The notes: generated by a model not told the origin, from the letters alone. A stretch of 32,000 bases of DNA from Ferroglobus placidus DSM 10642 (GCF_000025505.1 NC_013849.1:900001-932000); one strand, 5' to 3'. Shown: positions 1 to 9,069, counted from the stretch's first letter. Numbers and translations: made by a program.

Positions 1-13
1 AAAAATTTAATTT

Positions 14-772
14 TTATCTTCCTTTCCACTCCGGCTTTCTCTTTTCCAGAAAAGCTTTCAAACCTTCCACGGCATCTTCGCTTTTCACGAGCTGGGACAA
101 GTAAACGTCGTTGATCACGTCGAACAACGATAGGTACTCTTTCTCCGTGGAGAATAGCAGAGCTTTCTTCGTAAGTCTTAAAGCTACGCTGCTTTTTTCA
201 AGGAGGGAGTTCACGAAATCGTTTACGCTTTCCTCAAAATTTTCGTCCTCGAAAACTTTGTTTACAAGTCCGATCTCAAAGGCTCTTTCGGCAGTGATCG
301 CTTCTCCGGTAAGGATTAGCTCGTAAGCATTTTTCCAACCGATCATTCTCGGCAAAAGGGCTATAGCTACCGGAGGGTAGTGAGCGAGAGTTATTTCCGG
401 GACGCCGAGCTTAGCGTTTTTCGAAGCCAAAACGAAATCGCAAGCTATCGCGAGCTCGAACCCTCCTCCGAGGGCAAATCCCTTCACAGCTGCTACCGTT
501 ATCGCCTTACACCTCAGAACTTTGTCTATCAGCTGAGTAAACCACCTGATCATCTCTGGAGCTTTGTCGGGGAAATGCTCCTTTATCTCAGCTCCCGCAC
601 TAAAGCTCTTCCCTTCTCCAGAAAAAACGATCACGTCAACTCCTTCAACTTCATCGATGGCACTGATAATTTCTTTCATAGTCTCCATGTCGAGAACGTT
701 CACTGGAGGATTCGCTATCTTTATTCTAGCAACCCTCTCATCTTTTTCCACCTTTATTTTTTTGTATTCCAT
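14..772 (-). CDS. Enoyl-CoA hydratase/isomerase (crotonase-fold) family protein
   Basis: 252-aa ORF. Crotonase hallmarks: 'FSGEGKSFSAGAEIKEH' (oxyanion-loop region), 'GFALGGGFELAIACDF', and C-terminal 'AVEGLKAFLEKRKPEW'. The GA-x3-EH variant resembles my recollection of ring dienoyl-CoA hydratases; this is unverified. Confidence 0.85.
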   Translation of the reverse strand: MEYKKIKVEKDERVARIKIANPPVNVLDMETMKEIISAIDEVEGVDVIVFSGEGKSFSAGAEIKEHFPDKAPEMIRWFTQLIDKVLRCKAITVAAVKGFALGGGFELAIACDFVLASKNAKLGVPEITLAHYPPVAIALLPRMIGWKNAYELILTGEAITAERAFEIGLVNKVFEDENFEESVNDFVNSLLEKSSVALRLTKKALLFSTEKEYLSLFDVINDVYLSQLVKSEDAVEGLKAFLEKRKPEWKGR

Positions 773-826
773 AACCCAAGTAAGGTTTTACATACTTAAG
801 TTTTACCAAAAAGAAAGTTTACAATG

Positions 827-1966
827 TCAAGTTTTTCTAACAGTTACGCTACCAACTAACGCAAAGGTGCCGGCTAAGATTAGAGGTATTCTGAAGCTTC
901 CCGTAACGTCTGCGAGAAATCCTGCCACGCTCGGACCTATCATCTGACCGACTCCGAAGAAGAGCGTGACGAAGCCTATAGCTGCTGAAGCCGAGCTTTT
1001 TCCAGCAAGATCACCGCAGTAGGCTTGGACTAAAGGAGGAATAGCGAGCATCGACGCTCCAGCCAATATCGTTGCTAAAACAGCCATGGGTAAATTAGTC
1101 GAGAGACCGAAGAGAATGAAAGCCACACCCATAATCGTGTAGACGGAAAAAAGTGCTCTCTTCCTTCCTATAGCATCTGAAATTTTCCCCCAGAGAATCG
1201 CGCTAATTATCGACAAAATCCCGACGAGGGACCACATACCGCTTGCTATCTCGTACTCAACCCCTATTTTGATGAGGTGAGACGTGTAGAATGTCACGAA
1301 AACTATGTAGGACAGACCGAAGAAAACGTAGGAAAAGCCGAGGGTTAGAAGGCTCCTCGATCTGTATACATCTCCCACCTCTATCTTAGTTTCCGGAACG
1401 AATTCCGCCGGAGTTTCTTTGAGTTTCAAGGAAAGAACCGTGACGAACAAGCTTATTAAAGCGAGAAAAACCCATCCAGCCCTCCAGTCGTAGGAGAGAA
1501 TAACTAAAGGCAAAGTTATTCCGGCGAAGATTATTCCTACGCTCGAACCAGCGTTTATCACCCCGAGGGCAAAGCCCCTCCTCTCTATTTCGAACCATTT
1601 CGCCGCCAAGCCGACGAGACCAACGTTAACTCCAGCAGAGCCGACTCCGGTGAGAAACCTGTAGATGCTTGCGTCGAAGAATCCGGTGGAGAAGGAGGTT
1701 AAGAATAACGTTACTGTGACTAAGAAAAGAGTCGACACAACGACAATCTTCGATCCGAGCCTCGAAGCGAGATAACCTACGAAAGGAGAAAAGAGAACGT
1801 ATCCGAGGAAGTTAGCCGAAGCGATCGCTCCCATTTCCGTGTAGCTAAGATTTAAACCTTCCTTCATCGGCTCGAGGATGACCGTGTAAGCAAACCTAGC
1901 CAAACCTAACCCTACGAAAATTCCGAGTAATCCTACGATAAGGGTGTAAACTTCCTCCCTCTTCAT
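827..1966 (-). CDS. MFS (major facilitator superfamily) transporter
   Basis: 379-aa ORF, hydrophobic throughout with about 12 helix-length segments. MFS motif-A-like loop 'GYLASRLGSKIVV'. Confidence 0.8.
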   Translation of the reverse strand: MKREEVYTLIVGLLGIFVGLGLARFAYTVILEPMKEGLNLSYTEMGAIASANFLGYVLFSPFVGYLASRLGSKIVVVSTLFLVTVTLFLTSFSTGFFDASIYRFLTGVGSAGVNVGLVGLAAKWFEIERRGFALGVINAGSSVGIIFAGITLPLVILSYDWRAGWVFLALISLFVTVLSLKLKETPAEFVPETKIEVGDVYRSRSLLTLGFSYVFFGLSYIVFVTFYTSHLIKIGVEYEIASGMWSLVGILSIISAILWGKISDAIGRKRALFSVYTIMGVAFILFGLSTNLPMAVLATILAGASMLAIPPLVQAYCGDLAGKSSASAAIGFVTLFFGVGQMIGPSVAGFLADVTGSFRIPLILAGTFALVGSVTVRKT

Positions 1967-1986
1967 AACTAAAATAAAATGATTTA

Positions 1987-3858
1987 TTATGTCTTTTTAA
2001 CCTTTATCGCTTTCTCCGGACAAACCTGTACGCAGAATCCGCAACCAGCGCAAAGAGCTTCGTCGATCCACACCTTCTCTCCGTCGTAAATTATGGCTGG
2101 GCAGGTGAAGTCCGAAACGCATCTTAAACAGAGAGTGCAAGCTTCGGTAACTTCGAAGGGTCTTATCTTAACACCCTTCCTCTTCCTTTCCCTCGTCCAG
2201 AGTATTGCACAGGGCTGCCTTGCTACGATAACAGCCACGCCATCATGCTCCAAAGCTCTTCTGAGGGTTTCCTGCATCTTTTTAAGGTTCATCGGGTTCA
2301 CCACTTCTACGAACTCAACTCCGACACCCTTCGCAACGTCCTCTATCAAAATCCTCTTCTTCTCAACCCCGCAGATTCTTTCACTCACCCCCGGATGAGG
2401 TTGATGACCGGTCATAGCCGTTGTGAGGTTATCGAGAACGACGTAAACGAACTTTGCTCCGTTGTAAACGGCATTTGCCAAAGCCGGAATCGTTGCGTGG
2501 AAGAATGTCGAATCTCCAGCAGTCACGACTATCTTGTTATTTATAACTCTGTAGAGTCCGTTGGGCACTCCGACGCTCGCTCCCATGCAGATGGTGATGT
2601 CAACTGTTTGGAAAGGCTTGTTAACTCCGAGGGTGTAACAGCCTATATCGCTCGGCAAACACTCGTTTCCGGCAACTTTCTTTATAGCGTAAAACGTCGC
2701 TGCATGAGGACATCCCGGACACAGCACCGGAGGTCGAGGAGGAGCTAGGCTCATAGTTTTCTGAAGAACTTCCATTTTCTCCTGAACGTTAACGGTTGGC
2801 GAAATTCCGAGCATCTTGGCTATTCCTTCCTCAACCACTCCGACGCTGTATTCGTAGTTCATCGGGAAGTAGCCGTTCTCCTTACCGTAAACTTCAACTC
2901 CGTAATCCTTAGCTATAGCTTTCACGTGAAGCTCCACGAAAGGATCAAGCTCTTCAACTACCGCAACTTTGTCGAGGTTGCTTACGAAATCCTCTATCAG
3001 TTTTGCTGGCAGCGGATGTGTTGTGGACAACTTCAGCAGAGGTATATCTTTTCCAAGCCTTTTTATCGCTTCTTTAGCGTAAACGTAGCTTAATCCCGAA
3101 GCGATAACTCCAGCTTTTCCGTCCCCTCCCTCCACCCAGTTGAACTCCTTTGCTTTGGAGAAGTACTCCTCAAGCTTTCTCAGCCTTTCAATCACCTTCG
3201 GCTTCAGCTTTCTCGCAACTGCCGGAACAACCACATCGGTCTCTGGATGCTTCTCCCAATCAACCTTCTCAAGCTTTTTCTCCGGAATTTCTCCGAGCTC
3301 AACAACTCCGCTTCCGTGGTTCAACCTCGTTACAGTTCTGAAAAGAACTGGAGCGTTAAACTTCTCGGAAACTTCGAAAGCCAGCTTCACGTAATCTTTT
3401 GCTTCCTGAACCGTAGAAGGCTCTATAACCGGCACCTTCGCAGCCTTCCCGTACCATCTGTTATCCTGCTCGTTCTGACTTGAGTGCATGAAAGGATCAT
3501 CTGCTGTAACGCAAACGAAGCCACCCCTCGCACCCACGTAGGAAAAAGAAAATAAAGCGTCAGCTGCAACATTTACACCGACATGCTTCATCCCACACAT
3601 GCCCCTCTTACCAGCAAGGCTCGCGCCAACGGCAACTTCGAAAGCGACCTTCTCATTGACAGACCACTCCATGTAGTACTCCATTCGATCTTTGAGATAA
3701 TCGCAAGCCTGCTGCAAGGTCACACCGATTTCAGAGGAAGGCGTTCCCGGATAAGCGGCGTAAACGTCTATTCCAGCCTCCAAAGCTCCCCTGGCGATAG
3801 CTTCATTACCAAGGAGAAACACTTTTTCTCCAGCCTCCTTGAGGACATCGCGAAGCAT
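1987..3858 (-). CDS. iorA: Indolepyruvate:ferredoxin oxidoreductase, alpha subunit (TPP-binding plus 2x[4Fe-4S] ferredoxin domain)
   Basis: 623-aa ORF. N-terminus 'LLGNEAIARGALEAGIDVYAAYPGTPSSEI' is typical of IorA/2-oxoacid oxidoreductases. 'GDSTFFH' is TPP-motif-like. The C-terminus carries two Cys clusters, 'CTLCLRCVSDFTCP' and 'CAGCGFCVQVCP'. Confidence 0.9.
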   Translation of the reverse strand: MLRDVLKEAGEKVFLLGNEAIARGALEAGIDVYAAYPGTPSSEIGVTLQQACDYLKDRMEYYMEWSVNEKVAFEVAVGASLAGKRGMCGMKHVGVNVAADALFSFSYVGARGGFVCVTADDPFMHSSQNEQDNRWYGKAAKVPVIEPSTVQEAKDYVKLAFEVSEKFNAPVLFRTVTRLNHGSGVVELGEIPEKKLEKVDWEKHPETDVVVPAVARKLKPKVIERLRKLEEYFSKAKEFNWVEGGDGKAGVIASGLSYVYAKEAIKRLGKDIPLLKLSTTHPLPAKLIEDFVSNLDKVAVVEELDPFVELHVKAIAKDYGVEVYGKENGYFPMNYEYSVGVVEEGIAKMLGISPTVNVQEKMEVLQKTMSLAPPRPPVLCPGCPHAATFYAIKKVAGNECLPSDIGCYTLGVNKPFQTVDITICMGASVGVPNGLYRVINNKIVVTAGDSTFFHATIPALANAVYNGAKFVYVVLDNLTTAMTGHQPHPGVSERICGVEKKRILIEDVAKGVGVEFVEVVNPMNLKKMQETLRRALEHDGVAVIVARQPCAILWTRERKRKGVKIRPFEVTEACTLCLRCVSDFTCPAIIYDGEKVWIDEALCAGCGFCVQVCPEKAIKVKKT

Positions 3859-3968
3859 GTTACAATGTTAGGTTAATCGTTTATATATTTTTCCTATTGT
3901 AAACAATCGCTTATAAGCGATGTTTCTTTAGTAAAATTCATATAGTTAAAAGTGTAAATCTTGGAAAG
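3859..3968. promoter_or_regulatory. Divergent iorA/iorB promoter region: two back-to-back TATA boxes flanking a perfect 16-bp palindrome
   Basis: TATA 'TTTATATA' at 3880-3887 lies 22-29 nt from the iorA start (3858). TATA-like 'TATAGTTA' at 3941-3948 lies 21-28 nt from the iorB start (3969). Palindrome ATCGCTTATAAGCGAT spans 3906-3921. Its midpoint 3913.5 equals the midpoint between the two start codons. Confidence 0.6.
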
Positions 3969-4556
3969 ATGAAGCTGGACATACTGCTTGTAGGTGTTGG
4001 AGGACAGGGAATTCTCACGACATCCAACATACTTGCGAGGGCAGCTTTAAAAGCTGGCGTAAACGTTGTGACTGCCGAAACCCACGGAATGGCTCAGAGA
4101 GGGGGAAGCGTTGAAGTCCACGTAAGACTCGGAGATGTATATGCTCCGCTAATTCCGGTAGGAGGTGCAGATTACGCGATCTCCCTTGAGCCGGTGGAAA
4201 TCTTAAGGTACACCCAATACTTGAACGAGAACACAACGGTAATTCTAAACGACAGACCCATCGTTCCCCCTTCAGTCTCAGCTGGATTAGGCAAGTATCC
4301 AGAAATAAGCGAAATCCTCGAAACTTTAAGAGGAATAACGAAGAACGTCAAACTCGTCAGTGCTTCAAAAATTGCTGAGGAAGTTGCCGGAACCATCCAA
4401 GCGACGAACGTTGTTGTTGTAGGAATGCTGGCTAAACTTGCGGATTTACCATTCGACTACGAAGTTCTCGAAGAAGTAGTCAAAGAATTCTTCCCGGAAA
4501 AGCTCGTTGAACCGAACTTAAAAGCTCTTAAAGCCGGTTACAACTACTGGGGGTGA
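3969..4556 (+). CDS. iorB: Indolepyruvate:ferredoxin oxidoreductase, beta subunit
   Basis: 195-aa ORF. 'LLVGVGGQGILTTSNILARAA...TAETHGMAQRGGSV' is the typical gamma/IorB-type oxidoreductase domain signature. Confidence 0.88.
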   Translation: MKLDILLVGVGGQGILTTSNILARAALKAGVNVVTAETHGMAQRGGSVEVHVRLGDVYAPLIPVGGADYAISLEPVEILRYTQYLNENTTVILNDRPIVPPSVSAGLGKYPEISEILETLRGITKNVKLVSASKIAEEVAGTIQATNVVVVGMLAKLADLPFDYEVLEEVVKEFFPEKLVEPNLKALKAGYNYWG

Positions 4557-6538
4557 TTTTTTTGGAGGTTAAGAATATAGCTGTTTTGGGAGCCGGAGCG
4601 ATGGGGCATGCAATAGCCGAGCTTGCGGCGGTTTCCGGATTTAACGTGAAAATTAGGGACATAAAAGAAGAAATTTTGAAGAATGCGATGGAGAGAATAA
4701 AGCAAAGCCTCGAAAAAGATTTCAAGAAGGGAAGGCTAAAAGAAGATCCTCAAGCTGTTTTAAGCAGAATTACCGCCACTTTAGATCTGAAAGAGGCTGT
4801 GGAAGATGCCGACATGATAATCGAAGCCATTCCAGAAATAATGGACCTCAAAAAGCAGGTTTTTGCTGAATGCGAAGAGTACTGCAGAGAAGATACGATA
4901 ATAGCGACCAACACCTCCTCTCTAAGCATTACGGAGCTTTCCAAAGCTCTGAAAAAGCCGGAAAGGTTCATAGGTTTGCACTTCTTCAACCCGCCGAAGG
5001 TGATGAGGCTCGTCGAGATAGTCTGGGGAGAGAAAACGAGTGAAGAGACGGTGAAGATTACCGAGGAAGTTGCAAGAAAAATGAACAGAGTGATAATTCA
5101 CGTTAGAAAGGACGTTCCCGGCTTTGTCGTGAACAGAATTTTCGTTACGATGGCTAACGAGGCTGCGTGGGCTTTAGAAAAGGGAGAGGGAAGCGTGGAG
5201 GAAATAGATTCGGCTGTAAAGTACCGAATGGGCTTGCCAATGGGCTTATTTGAGTTGCACGATCTTCTCGGAGGAGGTTGCATAGACGTAAGCTACCACG
5301 TTCTCGAATACTTCAGGCAAACGCTCGGAGAAAGCTATCGCCCGGCTCCTCCTTTCGAGAGGTTGTTTAAAGCCGGACATTTGGGGAAGAAGAGCGGAAA
5401 AGGTTTCTACGACTGGAGTGAAGGAAAGAGTAACGAAGTTCCGCTTAGAGCCGGAGCGAATTTCGACCTCCTCAGGCTTATAGCTCCTGCCGTTAACGAG
5501 GCTGCTTGGCTGATCGAAAAAGAGGTTGCTACCGCGGAAGAGATAGACCTCGGAGTTATTCACGGATTGAACTATCCGAGGGGATTGCTTAGAATGGCTG
5601 ACGACATAGGAATTGATAAGATCGTCGAAAAGCTCGAAAAACTCTACGAGGAGTACGGAGAGGAGAGGTACAAGGTGAATCCGGTTTTGCAGAAGATGGT
5701 AGAGGAAAACAAGCTGGGAAGAAAGACCGGAGAGGGGTTCTACAAGTACGGCAGGGGGCTTTACGAGTTCGTAAAAGTTGAGAAGCCAAAGGAGAACGTA
5801 GCAGTTATTAAGCTCAACAGACCGCAAAGGGCTAACGCTTTAAACGAAACTTTCCTTAAAGAGCTCGAAGACGCTTTGGAATGGCTTGAGGAAGACGAAA
5901 ACGTAAGATGCATAGTCATCACTGGAGAAGGCAGAAACTTCTGTGCCGGAGCTGATATAGCGGTGTTTGCAGAAGGAAAAGTCGAGAGAATGTTCGAGTT
6001 CAGTCAGCTGGGGCAAAAGGTTTTCAACAAGATAGAAAAGCTGTCCAAGCCGGTAATAGCTGCCGTAAACGGAGCTGCCATGGGTGGAGGATTCGAGCTG
6101 GCTTTAGCCTGCGATCTCAGAGTTGTGAGCAGCAGAGCTATTTTAGCTTTGCCAGAGTTAAACCTCGGAATATTCCCCGGCTGGGGAGGAACGCAGAGGT
6201 TGGCTTTGGCGGTAGGAGTATCCAAGGCTAAGCAGCTGATATTCATGAGAGAAAACATCGACGCTAAAACGGCTTACGATCTCGGAATTGCCAATTACAT
6301 TGCCGAAGAGAACGAGTTCTGGGACAAGGTGATGGAGGTTGCTGAAAAAATTGCGGAAGGACCTCCTTTAGCTTACAAGTTTACCAAGAGAGTCATGTTC
6401 CACGGAATAAAGCCCGAGCTCGAAGCTTCCCTCTTCATGGAGTCGGCTGCTGGAGGAGACATAGTTCTTTCCGACGATGTGGCTGAGGGAATTCAGGCTT
6501 TCTCTTACAGAAGGAAGCCGAACTTTAAGGGGAGATGA
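4553..6538 (+). CDS. Fused 3-hydroxyacyl-CoA dehydrogenase (N-terminal) / enoyl-CoA hydratase (C-terminal)
   Basis: 661-aa ORF. N-terminal Rossmann motif 'IAVLGAGAMGHAIA'. HACD core 'TNTSSLSITELS...GLHFFNPP'. C-terminal crotonase 'FCAGADI' and 'NGAAMGGGFELALACD'. The GTG start overlaps the iorB stop (GTGA). An alternative TTG at 4562 follows SD-like GGGGTGA. Confidence 0.9.
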   Translation: MIFLEVKNIAVLGAGAMGHAIAELAAVSGFNVKIRDIKEEILKNAMERIKQSLEKDFKKGRLKEDPQAVLSRITATLDLKEAVEDADMIIEAIPEIMDLKKQVFAECEEYCREDTIIATNTSSLSITELSKALKKPERFIGLHFFNPPKVMRLVEIVWGEKTSEETVKITEEVARKMNRVIIHVRKDVPGFVVNRIFVTMANEAAWALEKGEGSVEEIDSAVKYRMGLPMGLFELHDLLGGGCIDVSYHVLEYFRQTLGESYRPAPPFERLFKAGHLGKKSGKGFYDWSEGKSNEVPLRAGANFDLLRLIAPAVNEAAWLIEKEVATAEEIDLGVIHGLNYPRGLLRMADDIGIDKIVEKLEKLYEEYGEERYKVNPVLQKMVEENKLGRKTGEGFYKYGRGLYEFVKVEKPKENVAVIKLNRPQRANALNETFLKELEDALEWLEEDENVRCIVITGEGRNFCAGADIAVFAEGKVERMFEFSQLGQKVFNKIEKLSKPVIAAVNGAAMGGGFELALACDLRVVSSRAILALPELNLGIFPGWGGTQRLALAVGVSKAKQLIFMRENIDAKTAYDLGIANYIAEENEFWDKVMEVAEKIAEGPPLAYKFTKRVMFHGIKPELEASLFMESAAGGDIVLSDDVAEGIQAFSYRRKPNFKGR

Positions 6539-7737
6539 GTATGAGGAACGTTGCGATAGTCGGAGTGGGAATAACGAGGTTTGGCGTTAGAGAGGCGAGC
6601 TGGAAAGACCTCGTTCTCGAAGCTGGTAAGTCGCTTTTCGATGATGTGCCGAATTTAGATAAGAAGGACATAGATTCGCTTTTCGTAGGAGCAGCTCAGC
6701 CAGAGAGGTGGATTTATCAGACTCACGTTGCTCCGCTCGTAGCTGAGCTACTTGGAATAGAGGTGAAGAGGGTTATAGCGAGAACCGAATCGGCATGCGC
6801 AAGCGGGCAGCTTGCGATAAGGTATGCTTGGCTTTCCATAGCCACCGGACTGAGCGACGTGGCTTTGGTCGTTGGAGTAGAGAAGATGAATTCGAAGTTC
6901 CTGAATATCAGCCAGTCGAGCATGATAAACGTAGGAAACAGGGAATTCGACGGGGCGAACGGTTTTACGGCTCCTCCCTTCTTTGCGATGGTCGCCCAGA
7001 GGCACATGCATTTGTACGGCACGACTGAGGAGCAGATGGCGATGGTTAGAGTTAAGAATCAGGAGTACGGCTCTCAGAATCCCTACGCTCAGTTCCAGAA
7101 GAAGGTGACTGTAGAGCAGGTTTTGAATTCGAGGATGGTCGCTCCGCCCCTAAAGCTCTTTGATTGCTCAGCCATAACAGACGGAGCCGTTGCCTTGCTT
7201 TTAACGAGCGAGGAGAGAGCGAGAGAGTTCACAGACACTCCGGTATGGATCCTCGGAGGAGTGCAGCACGTTGATGCCGCTCACACGACCAACCAGATGG
7301 GTGAACTGGCTGACTGGGTAGCTCTGAGAAAAGCCGCTAAGGACCTCTACGACATGCTGAAAATTACTCCGGACGACATCGACATTGCTGAAGTCCACGA
7401 CTGCTTTACGATAAGCGAGATAATCGAATACGAAGAGCTTGGTTTCTGCAAGAAAGGGGAGGGAGGGAAGTTCATAGAAGAGGGAGAAAGCTACATAGGA
7501 GGAAAAGTTGCCGTAAACCCCGGAGGAGGATTGTTAGCCAACGGACATCCGCTCGGAGCCACAGGAACGAGGCAGGCTTGGGAGATAGTCATGCAGTTCA
7601 GAGGAGAGGTGCCGAAGGGGAGATACGTGGACGGAGCTGAGTTAGCTATTGCCCACAACCTGAGCGGAATGGCGCAGCTCCACCACATCATGGCTTACAG
7701 CGTCAACAAGCCGAGGGATATTAAGTTCGGGAGGTAA
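6535..7737 (+). CDS. Thiolase (acetyl-CoA acetyltransferase / SCP-x-type archaeal thiolase)
   Basis: 400-aa ORF. 'VAIVGVGITRFG', active-site region 'ESACASGQLAI', C-terminal 'NPGGGLLANGHPLGATG'. The ATG overlaps the upstream stop (ATGA). A second ATG at 6541 has better SD spacing (GGGGAG). Confidence 0.9.
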   Translation: MSMRNVAIVGVGITRFGVREASWKDLVLEAGKSLFDDVPNLDKKDIDSLFVGAAQPERWIYQTHVAPLVAELLGIEVKRVIARTESACASGQLAIRYAWLSIATGLSDVALVVGVEKMNSKFLNISQSSMINVGNREFDGANGFTAPPFFAMVAQRHMHLYGTTEEQMAMVRVKNQEYGSQNPYAQFQKKVTVEQVLNSRMVAPPLKLFDCSAITDGAVALLLTSEERAREFTDTPVWILGGVQHVDAAHTTNQMGELADWVALRKAAKDLYDMLKITPDDIDIAEVHDCFTISEIIEYEELGFCKKGEGGKFIEEGESYIGGKVAVNPGGGLLANGHPLGATGTRQAWEIVMQFRGEVPKGRYVDGAELAIAHNLSGMAQLHHIMAYSVNKPRDIKFGR

Positions 7738-7741
7738 AAAA

Positions 7742-8239
7742 ATGAAGAAGCCGAAGAGAAAGCTAACTCTGCCGGAAAAAATCGACTTGCCTCCCCTCTT
7801 AGATTTATGGGAGCAGCAAGACCCGAGCGGACCTGACGCCACTGGAATTTACGACTTCTACAGGAACTTAGCTGAAGGAGAGCTCACCACAACTAAGTGC
7901 AAAAGCTGCGGAAAGCTGATGTTCCCTCCACAAATAATATGTCCGAACTGCTACAGCGACGAGCTGGAGTGGGTTAGAATTCCCGAGGAAGGAGAGCTCT
8001 ACGCCTTCACAGAGTTAAGACTCGGAGCTCCGATAATCGTGGAGAATTACACACCCTTCGTCATAGCTATAGCGAGGTTCGGAAACTATCCAGAAAACGG
8101 AGTTCAGATAAGTGGAATGATGTTCGACGTGAAGTACGAGGACTTGAAAATAGGAGATAAAGTCAGGTGGGAGATTCTTGAGATAGAAGGACCGGGAGAG
8201 AAGAAGAGGTACTGGTACTACTTCGAGAAAGTCGAGTAG
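7742..8239 (+). CDS. DUF35-type OB-fold/zinc-ribbon protein (thiolase-associated)
   Basis: 165-aa ORF. Zinc ribbon 'CKSCGKLMFPPQIICPNC' followed by an OB-fold-like region. It sits directly downstream of the thiolase, as in archaeal thiolase/DUF35 pairs. SD GGGAGGT lies about 8 nt upstream. Confidence 0.8.
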   Translation: MKKPKRKLTLPEKIDLPPLLDLWEQQDPSGPDATGIYDFYRNLAEGELTTTKCKSCGKLMFPPQIICPNCYSDELEWVRIPEEGELYAFTELRLGAPIIVENYTPFVIAIARFGNYPENGVQISGMMFDVKYEDLKIGDKVRWEILEIEGPGEKKRYWYYFEKVE

Positions 8240-8240
8240 A

Positions 8241-8262
8241 TTTTTATTAAACCTCTATTTTT
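8241..8262 (+). terminator. Oligo-T tracts after the iorB-hbd-thiolase-DUF35 unit
   Basis: T5 runs at 8241-8245 and 8258-8262 immediately follow the stop at 8237-8239. Archaeal termination typically occurs at oligo-T. Confidence 0.45.
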
Positions 8263-8276
8263 GGCTACGTCGTGAA

Positions 8277-8690
8277 CTATTCCTTTTCAGGAAGTACGTA
8301 AGAAACTTTACTCTTTTTCAATCCTTTTTTCAATAGCTCTTCATAAGCCTTCTTGACGACCTCAAATTTCTTCGACTCGAAAAGAATTATTCCCTCAGAC
8401 AGTGCGTCGAGAATAGTCGGACTCCCCTTCTTCAGCATTTCCAAAGCTTCGTTAAGTGTGTAGGGGTGTGGCTCAAGGTTAATGCCCAAATCCAGTATTT
8501 CCAGCAACCTACCTATTCTGTCCAAGTACCTTTCGGTGAAGTCGGCAATGATTAGAAGGTCGTAATCGCTCCAAGGTTTATAATCACCTCTCGCTCTCGA
8601 ACCGAAAAGAATTACGGCGTGAACATCGTAGTGTTCTCTCAATTTTTTCACAGCTACTTTTAACTTATCTAGAGATTGTTTTTCTTGCAA
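8277..8690 (-). CDS. Minimal nucleotidyltransferase (MNT) domain protein, partner of the HEPN gene upstream
   Basis: 137-aa ORF. NTase signature 'ILFGSRARGDYKPWSDYDLLII' (G-S...D-x-D). Overlaps the upstream HEPN ORF. Confidence 0.85.
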   Translation of the reverse strand: MQEKQSLDKLKVAVKKLREHYDVHAVILFGSRARGDYKPWSDYDLLIIADFTERYLDRIGRLLEILDLGINLEPHPYTLNEALEMLKKGSPTILDALSEGIILFESKKFEVVKKAYEELLKKGLKKSKVSYVLPEKE

Positions 8691-9060
8691 AATTTACCAC
8701 CTCTTCGGCGGATCTTATCGCTCTTTTAGAAGTCTCCTCATCGTAAGCTTCGTGGGGGGTTCCAGAAGGGTGAGCATCTGGATACCGAGAGGGGATGTAA
8801 TGTCTATCCAACTCTCTCGCATGAACCATGAGTTCTTCGATTTTTTCTCCTTTTTTTTCAAAAAATCTTTCCAGCAATTCTCTGATACTATGCCCCCACG
8901 GAGCTTCATTTATGTGGAATAGCAAAGCTTTAACCGCTTTCTCAGCCGCTTGATGAGCATAGAAAGCCGAAGCGTTATATCTCTTTTTTTCATGCAGTAT
9001 CTTAGCTGTCTCCAAATCCCAAAGAGCCTCTTCCAACCACCTTTCAGCTTCTTTCCTCAT
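8665..9060 (-). CDS. HEPN domain protein
   Basis: 131-aa ORF. 'YNASAFYAHQAAEKAVKALL' and 'LDRHYIPSRYPD' fit the HEPN helical-bundle pattern. Gene pair with the MNT. Confidence 0.82.
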   Translation of the reverse strand: MRKEAERWLEEALWDLETAKILHEKKRYNASAFYAHQAAEKAVKALLFHINEAPWGHSIRELLERFFEKKGEKIEELMVHARELDRHYIPSRYPDAHPSGTPHEAYDEETSKRAIRSAEEVVNFARKTISR

Positions 9061-9069
9061 TTAACTTTC

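Noticed and set aside
380-947. Two overlapping plus-strand ORFs (139 aa and 127 aa) across the crotonase/MFS junction
   Set aside because: Both are antisense to supported CDSs and cross the intergenic spacer. They have no motifs.
5246-5827. 193-aa minus-strand ORF inside the Hbd/crotonase fusion gene
   Set aside because: It lies entirely antisense to a strongly supported CDS. The translation is low-complexity with no recognisable motifs, and there is no promoter or SD context.
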